From an uncultured Gemmatimonadales bacterium (GTDB lineage Bacteria; Gemmatimonadota; Gemmatimonadetes; Gemmatimonadales; Gemmatimonadaceae), in assembly GCA_963707505.1 (NCBI GenBank), contig CAVPQB010000004.1, positions 288,001-352,000 of the forward strand: a stretch of 64,000 bases of DNA, written 5' to 3'. Positions 41,641 to 51,184 of the stretch are shown here, piece after piece; the first letter of the stretch is position 1, and each line of letters begins with the position of its first letter. A program made the translations under genes and the position numbers. Under the pieces are notes generated by a model. That model did not search any database and had not been told where the DNA came from. It worked only from the letters and a program-made list of their open reading frames with translations.

Positions 41641-42391
41641 TCAGACCTTGTGATACAATACGCGTGCGGCCTCGCGCCGGTCATCAGCCTGGTATATCTC
41701 GAAATCGCTGAAGAACCCAGGCGCTTCATTCTGCAGTACGCGCATGACGGTCACCGCCCAGCGGCGAATCTCCAGCTCGGCGCCTTCACTCGAGCGTAGC
41801 TCGAGGAGTGTGCGCCATGCGCGCGCGTTGGCCGTGACCACGATCTTGGTTTCGGTTGAATTAGGAAGCACGCCTCGCGCGGCCTCGCGCGCCATCTTGC
41901 GGCGGTGCACTTTATCTGCGACCCACGCGTAGCGCTGCATGAGCTGCTCGACCAGTGCGACGTACGCGCTCTGTGCTGCATCGATCTGCGTCTGCCATGC
42001 ATCGCGTAGTGCGTCGTCGCCGATTATCGCGGGTGGCACGACGAAGTTCGCTTCGGACTCGTCCACGTAGCGTTGGGATAGCTGCGAGAACGCCATTCCG
42101 GCCCTGTGTCGCACCAGCTCGTGCGTGAGCGACCGGCTCACGCCTTCGACGAGCAACGAATAATTCGCATGCTCCAAGCACGCTGCCGTGGCCCTGCTTC
42201 TTGATGTTCTCCAGATATTCGCGGGTGCTGCGCGACGCGGGATTCCGCTGACTCATGTAGCACAGGCGTCCCGCGAACTCGGCAAGCCGCTCGCCATCCG
42301 TGCTGTCACCGATCCAGTTGACGGGCAGGCCAACGGGCTCGGTGAATTGAGGGCGCGAGAGAACGGTGATCTTGGGCTCGGTATAGTACAC
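41641..42391 (-). CDS. thyX: FAD-dependent thymidylate synthase, apparent +1 indel ~42176
   Basis: AGRLCYMS, GHGSVL|EH, SRSLTHELVRHR...FSQLSQRYV (RHRx7-8S signature), REAARGVLP, NARAWR, LR...AELEIR. Confidence 0.93.
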
Positions 42392-42440
42392 GTGTGCTGA
42401 GCGGTCAGGGGTGAGTCGGCGGTGGGGGCGCTCGCCAAAG

Positions 42441-44084
42441 TTACGCGACGCTATCGATCAAGTCGAGGCGGAACGCAGCGTAGGCACGCTCATCGCTCAC
42501 GCGTGCGAGCGCGGCCAGTGCTGCAGGTGGATGCTGTGGAAGATCGGGATCGTATTTTATGTTTGTGATCGCGCGTTCTCCTGCGACGGCGACCTTCACT
42601 CCGGGATTGAATATCCCCGACGGGTCGAACGCGCGTTTCACCGCCTCGAAGCGGCGAAGAATCTCGGCGCTCCATACCCTGCCCAGCAACGGTGTACGCA
42701 GTCTTCCGTCGCCGTGCTCTCCGTCGAGCGTGCCGCCAAGCCGGGCTGTCAGTGCAACGACGTCATCGAGCATTCCGGCGACGGTGTCACGCCATCCCGC
42801 GCGATTGACGTCGATGAGCGGGTTGACGTGAACGTGCGAATCGCCGGCGTGTCCGAATATCACGCCCGTGACCCGATATTTGGCGAGAATCGCGCGCACA
42901 CCGCGCACGTACTCGGGCAACTTCGCCGGTGGAACGGCGCCGTCCTCGACAAATTGCATCGATGTGAGCGATGGTCCAAGCCGCGCGAGAATCGGGCTCG
43001 CTGCGTGGCGCAGTTCCCACATTTCACCTTCGGCCTGTCTCGTAAGCGCAAGATCGACTGACGTTGCGCCAGCGGATCGGAATGCCGCGGCGAGTGATTC
43101 GGCTGCGTGACGTGCTTCGTCGTCGCTGTCGGCTTCCACTTCGGCAAGAAGCACTGCTTCGGAATCCGACGGAATCCGTGGAAGCGGCGCTGCGCGTGCG
43201 GCAACGTCCAGAAATGTGCGATCCAGCAACTCACACGCTGCGGCCCCGGCATCGCGTGCCTGAACAGCGGCCGAAACGGCCGACTCGAGCGTGTGAAAGC
43301 TGCCGAGCACCGAGCTCGTTGCACGCGGCGCCGGCGCGAGTCTCAACTCGATGCCGACGACGATTGCGAGCGTCCCTTCACTCCCGATTATCATGTCGAT
43401 CGGTTCGTCGGATTCGGCGAATGCGTGAATGCCATACCCGGATGAGTCCTTGCGTACTCCTGCATGCATCGATGGAGTGACTGCATCAGCCGTAGTGAGA
43501 GCGCCCGCCATGCTCCAGAAGCGCTGCAGCGCGGCAACGTTGTCGGGGATCGGCGCGCCCCGGCGCAGCGTCGCACGCGTGCCGTCGTCAAACACACAGT
43601 CGAGCGCTATTACCCACTGACGCGTCGGGCCGTACTTGAGCGAGTGCGCGCCTGATGCATTGGTGGAGACCATCCCTCCAACACTACAGAATGCGCCACT
43701 GGACGGATCCGGCGGAAAGCGAAGCCCCACATCGCGCGCGGCGGTTTCGACTTCCTGCCACGTTATTCCGGGTCCGACCGAGATGGTTCGATTCGCGGCA
43801 TCGACTGCCGACATTCCGCGCATGCGGCTGAGATCGACTATCACACCGTCGCCGATCGCGCCGCCAGCCATTCCGCTGCCAGATCCGCGCGGGATGAGCG
43901 GGGTATTCGTCGCGCGTGCCCATCTCACGATTGCCTGCACGTCACCGATGTCAGCCGGCACGGCGACTGCGCGTGGCATGATACGCGCAATTCCCGCACC
44001 TTCGGAGTAAACGGCGAGCGCCGCGTCGTCCGCGCGAAATATTCCGCGAAATGACTCCGGTCTCGTTGGAGTGACAGCGCTCAC
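42441..44084 (-). CDS. FAD-binding oxidoreductase (GlcD/D-2-hydroxyacid dehydrogenase-like)
   Basis: PRGSGSG, PPDPSS, GGMVSTNASG, GSEGTL, GHAGDSHVH, GEHGDG, FDPSGIFNPG. Start uncertain. Confidence 0.88.
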   Translation of the reverse strand: MSAVTPTRPESFRGIFRADDAALAVYSEGAGIARIMPRAVAVPADIGDVQAIVRWARATNTPLIPRGSGSGMAGGAIGDGVIVDLSRMRGMSAVDAANRTISVGPGITWQEVETAARDVGLRFPPDPSSGAFCSVGGMVSTNASGAHSLKYGPTRQWVIALDCVFDDGTRATLRRGAPIPDNVAALQRFWSMAGALTTADAVTPSMHAGVRKDSSGYGIHAFAESDEPIDMIIGSEGTLAIVVGIELRLAPAPRATSSVLGSFHTLESAVSAAVQARDAGAAACELLDRTFLDVAARAAPLPRIPSDSEAVLLAEVEADSDDEARHAAESLAAAFRSAGATSVDLALTRQAEGEMWELRHAASPILARLGPSLTSMQFVEDGAVPPAKLPEYVRGVRAILAKYRVTGVIFGHAGDSHVHVNPLIDVNRAGWRDTVAGMLDDVVALTARLGGTLDGEHGDGRLRTPLLGRVWSAEILRRFEAVKRAFDPSGIFNPGVKVAVAGERAITNIKYDPDLPQHPPAALAALARVSDERAYAAFRLDLIDSVA

Positions 44085-44100
44085 GCTGTCGTAACGCGCG

Positions 44101-45000
44101 TCATATGCCAAGGTCGCTCGGAACGGGCGGCGTCTTCGAATAGTCGTAGAATCCCATTCCCGATTTCCTGCCGTACATGCCGGCGATCACCATTCGCTTG
44201 AGCAGCGGCGGTGGTGCGTAGCGTGATTCGCGATATTCGTCGTACATGATCTCGGCAATCCTGTACGTCGTATCGAGTCCAACGAAATCGAGCAGCGTAA
44301 ACGGGCCCATCGGATAGCCCGCACCGAGCATCATCCCCTTGTCGATGTCCGCAATGGACGCGACGCCCGATTCCAGCGCGCGAATCGCGTCGATCATGTA
44401 CGGCACCAGGAGAAGATTTACCACAAACCCTGAATTGTCATGCGCGCGGATCGGCTCCTTGCCGAGCGACTGCACGAACGCGAGTGCACGCTCGACGGTT
44501 CCATCGCTGGTCTTGATTGCCCGCACGACCTCCACGAGTTTCATCGCCGGCACGGGATTGAAGAAGTGCATTCCGACGAACCGGTCCGCGCGCGAAGTTG
44601 CGGCGGCAATCTCGCCGATGGTCAGGCTCGACGTGTTCGACGCGAAGATGGTATTCGCCCCACAGAGCGCATCCAGCTCCGCGAACATCTGTGACTTGAC
44701 TGCGAGATCTTCGACCACGGCCTCGATCACGATGTCAGCGCTGGCCAGATCATTGAGCGAAGTCGTAAAGCGAATCAGTTTGAGCGCTGATTCCTTGTCT
44801 GCTCCCGTCGCCTTGCCCTTCTCGATTGCCCTGTCAAACGAGCTGAGGATCGCGGCACGTGACCTGTCGCAGAGCTCGTCCGAAACCTCGCGCACCGTCG
44901 TGGCGTATCCACTCGCGGCGCACACCTGTGCGATTCCAGATCCCATGAGGCCGCCGCCGAGTACCGCGACGAATTTGATGTCGTTGTGTGCATGGGTCAT
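44101..45000 (-). CDS. hbd: 3-hydroxybutyryl-CoA dehydrogenase
   Basis: GGGLMGSGIA, IEAVVE, ASNTSSL, GMHFFNP, GFVVN, PMGPF..LDFVGLD. Confidence 0.9.
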   Translation of the reverse strand: MTHAHNDIKFVAVLGGGLMGSGIAQVCAASGYATTVREVSDELCDRSRAAILSSFDRAIEKGKATGADKESALKLIRFTTSLNDLASADIVIEAVVEDLAVKSQMFAELDALCGANTIFASNTSSLTIGEIAAATSRADRFVGMHFFNPVPAMKLVEVVRAIKTSDGTVERALAFVQSLGKEPIRAHDNSGFVVNLLLVPYMIDAIRALESGVASIADIDKGMMLGAGYPMGPFTLLDFVGLDTTYRIAEIMYDEYRESRYAPPPLLKRMVIAGMYGRKSGMGFYDYSKTPPVPSDLGI

Positions 45001-45007
45001 GAGCACA

Positions 45008-45880
45008 TCACCTGTGCATCTGGCGCTGGGCCGCCAGCGCCTCGAGGAAATTTGCAGGACGACGCGATTCGCCGTACTCCAGTCGATCCAATACCTGCTC
45101 GAGAGCGAGCGTAATGCGCTCGGCGAAGCCGTGATGCCGTCGAAGGATGAGGTACGCGCCGCCGCCCGCAATCGCGATCGGGAACGCGGCCATTCCAAGC
45201 GCAAGCCCAGCGGCGACGTGCGCGAGAGCCGCAGCGCCAATGATGGTACCACCGGCTACGATTCCGGAAGCCGTGACAGCGCCCCCGACGCGTACGATAT
45301 TGGTGCGCGAAGGCGCGAGATCGGCATCGAGGCGAACCAATGATCTCTTTTCATCGACGGGAACCACGGTCGCCGCAACCTGACTGGCGCGCGAGAGCTG
45401 GTATGACCGGCCGCCGCTGCGCAGTCCGCGCTTGATCGCCGCTACCCAATCGTTGCGGGCTTCCCATGTCACGCGATCCGCGAATCTACGCTGAACCTGC
45501 ATGCACTCGTCCCGCTGCATATACGCGTCCAGGTATGCGATTATCGCTTCCGGCTCGCCCGGAATCGTCCGCGACGCCGACACTGACGTCGGGCCGGCTA
45601 CGCGAACGAGCCACCGACTGTCATCGTCCGTATCGTTGCTGACGCGCGTACGCTCCTCGGCCAGCGCCTGCCGAACACTCGTGACCGTAAGTCCGGCTTC
45701 CTTGGCGATCTCGAGCAGCTTGGTTTCCGTTATCGCATCCGCGTCCTGTTCACCGCCGCCGATCCCCTGCAGCTCGGCGGCGCGCGCAAGCACACGCTCC
45801 ACGGCACGACGATCCAGTCCGTGCTCGGGCGCGGTTACCGCCGTGCTGGCCGACGCCTTGTCCGGAAGATCAGATTCCAC
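45008..45880 (-). CDS. Hypothetical membrane protein (C-terminal TM hairpin)
   Basis: ERVLARAAELQ...LLEIAKEAGL...VRQALAE N-terminus and two TM helices; tightly packed in the operon. Confidence 0.75.
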   Translation of the reverse strand: MESDLPDKASASTAVTAPEHGLDRRAVERVLARAAELQGIGGGEQDADAITETKLLEIAKEAGLTVTSVRQALAEERTRVSNDTDDDSRWLVRVAGPTSVSASRTIPGEPEAIIAYLDAYMQRDECMQVQRRFADRVTWEARNDWVAAIKRGLRSGGRSYQLSRASQVAATVVPVDEKRSLVRLDADLAPSRTNIVRVGGAVTASGIVAGGTIIGAAALAHVAAGLALGMAAFPIAIAGGGAYLILRRHHGFAERITLALEQVLDRLEYGESRRPANFLEALAAQRQMHR

Positions 45881-46985
45881 TGTCGATATTGTCGATCTGG
45901 CGCTTCATCGCGTCGCGGATCGCATCAGGAATCGGGAACATCGACGCGAGCTGCGTGCGTGGTGTGGCACTCGGTGTCGCACCCGTCGCGCTCACGTAAT
46001 AACGAGCGTAGCCGTCAGCCAGCTCAGGGACGAATTTCTCCAATAGCATGAGCCCGGCGCGCACCGTTGCCGTACTCGAGACGCGATCCGCGGCACCACT
46101 GCGTTGCTCCGCTGGAGTAGTGTTGTCGGCGATCGCGGCGTTGGCGACAGTACCGACAAGCTCGTGCGCGAGAACATACATCGCTTCCTGCACGTCCGAC
46201 GGACGATTCGGGAACGTGACAGCGACCGTCGTGCGGAATCCACCGGCGGCGCTGATCGTGCGACCTTCGCCTGCCAGCGGGAGCGACAGAATGATGTCAC
46301 CGTCGCGCTGCTGCGTGTTGGTGAGGAACCGCTGAATGCGCGGGCGCATGAGATGTTGCCACATGGCAGTCGTGGAATCGATCACGTTGGCGCGCTCGCG
46401 CTGCTGCTGCACCCAGTACGAGTGGTAGAACTTGGCGTCCTCATCCCACAACGAGGACGCGAAGAGCGCGAGCCAGGTGCGATCCGCCGGGCTCTGGAAG
46501 TAACTCGCGAGTACGGCGAACTGCGCCCCTTCCGTCTGTGATTTCGCGGAGCCCGGGCTCCCGTTCGACGCGACGAAGCGGTCGATGACGGCACGCATCT
46601 CTTCCAGTGAGGAGAAGTAGAACGGAACGAACTGCGCGTTGATCAACAGACGACTCGATGTGAGCTGTCTCGCCAGCTTGTCGTGGTTGACATCGAGCTG
46701 CGTGAGAACGTTCGCCTTGTTCTTCAGTACGGTCAGATCGTCGCGGTAGCCGCGCCGAAACAGCGGTACCTGCGCCGAGCTGTCGCTCGACAGCAGAGCG
46801 AAGCCGTGAAGCCACAGATCGACGTTCTCCCTCGTCTTTACCGGCCACGTCGTATCACGCGCGCGCCCCATGATGATCGGCTCGACAGGCTTCGGCTGGG
46901 ATGCAGATCCGGACGCACATGCAAATACGCCGGCGATCGATGTCGCTCCGACCGTAGCGGCGGTGAAACGCAGAAGCTTCTTCAT
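45870..46985 (-). CDS. Hypothetical lipoprotein
   Basis: MKKLLRF...VFAC lipobox; long ORF co-oriented within the operon. Confidence 0.75.
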   Translation of the reverse strand: MKKLLRFTAATVGATSIAGVFACASGSASQPKPVEPIIMGRARDTTWPVKTRENVDLWLHGFALLSSDSSAQVPLFRRGYRDDLTVLKNKANVLTQLDVNHDKLARQLTSSRLLINAQFVPFYFSSLEEMRAVIDRFVASNGSPGSAKSQTEGAQFAVLASYFQSPADRTWLALFASSLWDEDAKFYHSYWVQQQRERANVIDSTTAMWQHLMRPRIQRFLTNTQQRDGDIILSLPLAGEGRTISAAGGFRTTVAVTFPNRPSDVQEAMYVLAHELVGTVANAAIADNTTPAEQRSGAADRVSSTATVRAGLMLLEKFVPELADGYARYYVSATGATPSATPRTQLASMFPIPDAIRDAMKRQIDNIDSGI

Positions 46986-47017
46986 TCTTTCGGATTTGCG
47001 GGATGATGGCATTGCGA

Positions 47018-48229
47018 TCAAGCGCCGAGCGACTCCACGATGAGCGCGATCCCCTGACCGCCGCCGATGCAGGCGGTGCCGAGTCCGTAGCGCTTGCCGC
47101 TGGCACGCAGCGCGTGCAACAGGTGGACGGTGATGCGCGCACCTGATGCCGCAAGCGGATGGCTCAACGCTATCGCGCCGCCGTGTATGTTCAACTTCTC
47201 ACGTGGAATGCGCAACTCGGCTTGAACCGCGCACGTCTGCGTAGCGAACGCTTCGTTTACCTCGATCATGTCCATGTCGTCGATCGACATGTGAGCGCGC
47301 TCGAGCGCGGCCTTTGTCGCCGGCACCGGACCGATTCCCATGATGCGCGGATCGACGCCGGCGAGCCCCCAGGAGACTAACCGCGCGAGCGGCTTGATAC
47401 CGTGCGCATCTGCGTATTCGCGGCTCGCTACGACCATGGCTGCTGCGCCGTCGCCGATGCCGGATGCGTTGCCCGCCGTAACGACACCGTTTTCGCGAAA
47501 TGCGGGACGCAGCCTGGCGAGTCCTTCAGCGGTGGAATTGGGGCGCATGTGCTCGTCTCGGCGGAAATCTTCCGTCTCACGTGTCTTGGGATTCGTAACT
47601 GGAACGGGGACCACTTCCTCGTCATACACCCCTGAGTCCCAAGCGTCCCGTGTGAGCATCTGCGATCGGAGCGCGAACTCGTCCGAAGCCGCCCGTCCGA
47701 TTCCGTACTTCTCGTTCAGGTTTTCGGCGGTGTCCGCCATCGATACGCTGGCGAAGGAGTCCTTGAGACCCTCCGTCAGGGTATCTTCCAGCGCGGGAGA
47801 TTTGCCAAGTGGAACGCCCCATCGGATTCCGCGGACGGCGTGTGGTGCCTGTGACATGGACTCGGCGCCGCCCACGAGGCAGACTTCGGCCTCGCCGGTG
47901 ATGATCTCGAGGGCTCCGCTCACGACTGCTTGGAACCCTGAGCCACACAAGCGGTTTACAGTTAGTGCTGGCGCTTCGGTCGGGCAACCAGATCGGAGCG
48001 CTACATGGCGCGCGAAATAGAGCGAGTCGTTGGTGGTATAGAGTACATTTCCAAAGATGACCTGCTGTATTGATGTTGGCGCTATGCTGGCGCGATCCAT
48101 CGCACTCTTCGAGGCGATGACGCCAAGCTGGATAGCGGAAACATCGCGGAGCGCGCCGCCGAAGGTACCGAATGGAGTCCGAACGCCGGAGAGAAAGACG
48201 ACTTCGCGATTCGAGTTTTGAGTCCCCAT
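47018..48229 (-). CDS. Acetyl-CoA C-acyltransferase (thiolase)
   Basis: RTPFG, NRLCGSG, GGAESMS, TAGNASG, NEAFA, HPLAASG, CIGGGQG. Confidence 0.95.
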   Translation of the reverse strand: MGTQNSNREVVFLSGVRTPFGTFGGALRDVSAIQLGVIASKSAMDRASIAPTSIQQVIFGNVLYTTNDSLYFARHVALRSGCPTEAPALTVNRLCGSGFQAVVSGALEIITGEAEVCLVGGAESMSQAPHAVRGIRWGVPLGKSPALEDTLTEGLKDSFASVSMADTAENLNEKYGIGRAASDEFALRSQMLTRDAWDSGVYDEEVVPVPVTNPKTRETEDFRRDEHMRPNSTAEGLARLRPAFRENGVVTAGNASGIGDGAAAMVVASREYADAHGIKPLARLVSWGLAGVDPRIMGIGPVPATKAALERAHMSIDDMDMIEVNEAFATQTCAVQAELRIPREKLNIHGGAIALSHPLAASGARITVHLLHALRASGKRYGLGTACIGGGQGIALIVESLGA

Positions 48230-48251
48230 CTGGAGTAATATACGGGGCAAC

Positions 48252-49775
48252 ATGGTCAGAGATCCTATGAGCCGTTCTGCAATTCTGGCAGCAGCTGTCG
48301 CGCTGTTTTGCCTGCCGTTTCCGTCTGTCGTTCAGGCACAGCGGATCGTTCCACGTCGCTCGATCATTCAGAAGCCGGCTGACTCGACGGCCAGGAAGGA
48401 TGTGCCCGACAAGCCGGCGGCGGCAGCGGTCGCGCCAGGAACAGGCAGCATAATGGGCGCCGCCCTCGATTCACTGCACGAGGAGATGCTGGCCCACGCA
48501 GGCGTCACGGTAATGGGACTCGCGGGAAGACATGCGGTGACGACGGCCGCGGGCGCGTTCCGCATCGATTCGCTCCCACCGGGCAAGTACGTGCTGGAGG
48601 TGACGCACCCGGTCCTCGATTCGCTCGGTATCCGGCTCATCTCAGATTCGATCAATGTCACGGAAGGGCAGGTCCAGACGGTGGAGCTGGCCATTCCGGG
48701 GACTCGGACGCTGATCACGTCCATATGCACGCCGGCCAAGCTTCGCTTCGGACCGGGTGTAATACTCGGACGCGTGGTGGATGCCGACACGGACAAGCCG
48801 GCGACGGGCGCCGAGGTATCGGTTGCGTGGTCGGAAACGGAAGTGAACACCGTTGTAGGCCTTCGGACGACGCCGCACGTGAGGAAGGCGACGGTCGCGG
48901 CGGACGGGACGTACCGCATCTGCGGAGTGCCCGCGAATTTCAACGGGTCGCTGCAGGCGATTCGTGGCACTGCCAAGACGGCTGAAGTCCCGATCGAAGT
49001 CGCCGATCATGCGCTTTCGATGCGCATGTTGATGTTGCCGCCGGCCGTCGTCGCCGCCGGCGACACGACCGGGGCGGCGCAGACGCACAGGGTTGGACGC
49101 GCGGTGATCACGGGTATGGTCACCAACGCGGGTGGCGTCCCGGTGCCTGGCGCGCGCGTGTCGGTGCAGGGGAGTGAGTCTTCCACTTCCACCGGACCGG
49201 ACGGCAAGTTCACTCTTACCGGAGTGGTTCCCGGCACGCAATCGGTGTTGGTGCGTCGTGTAGGCTACTCACCTGTAGAACAGCCGATCGATGTAACATC
49301 GCTTGCGACCAATCAGCTCACGGTGCGGCTCGGTGCGTACACGCCGGTGCTGTCCAGCGTCGACGTCAAGGCGAAGGCCGATCCGCTGGAGAGCACTGGA
49401 TTCGAGCGCCGGCGGAAGATGGGGATGGGTCGTTACATGGATCTCGATCAGATCAAGAAGATCAGTCCGACCTACACGTCCGACATTCTCCGGCGCATCC
49501 CCGGTCTCTACGTAACCGGGAGTGGATCGAGCGCGAACATCTCCACGACGCGCGGCAATGGTTGTGTAGCGTACCTCATCGACAACAACACAGTGTCGGC
49601 GACCGCGGGTCAGTCGATCGACGAGATCGTCGGCGAGCAGGATGTCGCCGCGGTCGAGTTCTACAATCCGGTCGACGTACCGATGGAGCTGTCATCGGGA
49701 TCGAACAGCGGATGCGCACTGTTGGTGATCTGGACCAAGGGTAAGCTGCAGGCGCCGACGAAGAAGGGGCCTTGA
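48252..49775 (+). CDS. Secreted protein with carboxypeptidase-regulatory-like repeats and a C-terminal TonB plug-like domain (no barrel)
   Basis: Signal peptide; three transthyretin-like repeats (GAFRIDSLPPGKY, GTYRICGVP, GKFTLTGVVPG); plug motifs DILRRIPGL, YLID, VAAVEFY, LVIWTK. Confidence 0.8.
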   Translation: MVRDPMSRSAILAAAVALFCLPFPSVVQAQRIVPRRSIIQKPADSTARKDVPDKPAAAAVAPGTGSIMGAALDSLHEEMLAHAGVTVMGLAGRHAVTTAAGAFRIDSLPPGKYVLEVTHPVLDSLGIRLISDSINVTEGQVQTVELAIPGTRTLITSICTPAKLRFGPGVILGRVVDADTDKPATGAEVSVAWSETEVNTVVGLRTTPHVRKATVAADGTYRICGVPANFNGSLQAIRGTAKTAEVPIEVADHALSMRMLMLPPAVVAAGDTTGAAQTHRVGRAVITGMVTNAGGVPVPGARVSVQGSESSTSTGPDGKFTLTGVVPGTQSVLVRRVGYSPVEQPIDVTSLATNQLTVRLGAYTPVLSSVDVKAKADPLESTGFERRRKMGMGRYMDLDQIKKISPTYTSDILRRIPGLYVTGSGSSANISTTRGNGCVAYLIDNNTVSATAGQSIDEIVGEQDVAAVEFYNPVDVPMELSSGSNSGCALLVIWTKGKLQAPTKKGP

Positions 49776-49792
49776 CGAGCACGGCCGGAAGC

Positions 49793-49820
49793 CGTCATTC
49801 CCGCGTTCGCGGGAATGACG
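49793..49820. repeat. REP-like hairpin between convergent genes
   Basis: Perfect 12-bp stem CGTCATTCCCGC-GTTC-GCGGGAATGACG. Confidence 0.8.
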
Positions 49821-49832
49821 AATCCGCCGGCC

Positions 49833-51140
49833 CTACGTGCTCCACGTACCTTTTCGTTCCTTGAACAGCGTCACCCCAATGACGAACGTCGCCGCGGTTA
49901 CCACGATCGGATACCACAGTCCCGCGTAAGGATTCCCCGTGCGCGCTACGAGCGCGGTCGCAATGAGCGGCAGGAACCCGCCGAACCACCCCGTGCCCAT
50001 GTGGTGCACGAAGGATACGCCGGTGTAGCGCACACTCGTCGGGAATGCTTCGACGAGAAGCGCGCCGAGCGGCCCGGTGCACATCGCGGCAAGGACGATC
50101 TGATAGAATATGAGCGCGGCAAGCGCCGGAACGTTCGGCGTCCCTGCCGCGGCCCGCGCCATCAGATGATAGCACGGATACAGAGTGATTGTGGCGAGTG
50201 CGAAGGCGAGCATGATGATTGGCTTTCTGCCCACGCGGTCAGACAGTGCGCCGAAGAGAACGAAGCACGGTGTTCCGAATACGAGCGCAATCGTTACCGC
50301 CATATACGCGGCGCCGAACGGCACCTTGAGCACGGTTTGCAGAAAGAACAGCGCGTAGAACTGTCCTGCGTACCACGTCACGGCATGCCCTGAGATGACG
50401 CCAAAGAGAAGCGTGAGCATTACCTTCCATCGCGAATTTCCGAACGCGTCGTGAATTGGCGTGGAGGACGTCTCGCCGCGCGCCTTGAGGTCCGCGAACA
50501 TCGGCGACTCTTCCAGCTTGCGTCGTACGTAATACGATATCGCGACGAGTATCGACGACACGAGAAACGGAACACGCCATCCCCATGCGGCGAACGCAGT
50601 CTCGCCGGTCAGTCTGCGTGTGATCAGGATCACGAGCAGTGAAACCAGCAGTCCGACCGTCGCGGTGGTGTAAATGAAGCTCGTGTAGTAGCCGCGCTTT
50701 CCCTCGGGGGCGTGCTCGGCCACATAAACTGCGGCGCCTCCGTACTCACCGCCGAGTGCCAGTCCCTGGATGAGGCGGAGAGCGACGAGTGTGATTGGGG
50801 CGAGGAAGCCGATCGTCGCGAAGCCCGGCAGGAGGCCGATCGCCGAGGTGGACGCGCCCATGACGACGAGTGTAGTAAGAAATGCCTTCTTTCGGCCGAG
50901 CCGGTCACCGATGCGTCCGAAGAAGAGCGCGCCGATGGGTCTCACGGCGAAGCCGACGGCGAAGGTCGCGAGAGTTTCGAGGAAGCTGGCGGTCGGGTTG
51001 TTGGGCGGATAGAACTGGTGCGCCAGGATCGCCGCGAGCGAGCCAAAAATGAAGAAGTCGTACCACTCGATCATCGAGCCCGCGCAGGACGCGATGAGGA
51101 CGGTTCGCATCGAACGCGGGGCGACGGCTGGAGAAGTCAT
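49833..51140 (-). CDS. MFS transporter, metabolite:H+ symporter (MHS) family
   Basis: IEWYDF, RPIGALFFGRIGDRLGRK, RLIQGLALGGEYGGA, WGWRVPF, LEESP. Confidence 0.92.
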   Translation of the reverse strand: MTSPAVAPRSMRTVLIASCAGSMIEWYDFFIFGSLAAILAHQFYPPNNPTASFLETLATFAVGFAVRPIGALFFGRIGDRLGRKKAFLTTLVVMGASTSAIGLLPGFATIGFLAPITLVALRLIQGLALGGEYGGAAVYVAEHAPEGKRGYYTSFIYTTATVGLLVSLLVILITRRLTGETAFAAWGWRVPFLVSSILVAISYYVRRKLEESPMFADLKARGETSSTPIHDAFGNSRWKVMLTLLFGVISGHAVTWYAGQFYALFFLQTVLKVPFGAAYMAVTIALVFGTPCFVLFGALSDRVGRKPIIMLAFALATITLYPCYHLMARAAAGTPNVPALAALIFYQIVLAAMCTGPLGALLVEAFPTSVRYTGVSFVHHMGTGWFGGFLPLIATALVARTGNPYAGLWYPIVVTAATFVIGVTLFKERKGTWST

Positions 51141-51184
51141 GCCAGAAGTTGCGGCGCCAGCGATTCGCCCGCAACTTTGCCTGC

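Noticed and set aside
41641..42391. thyX as a pseudogene or programmed frameshift
   Set aside because: Motifs intact, no slippery heptamer, and the same indel pattern appears in many other genes, so a sequencing error is more likely.
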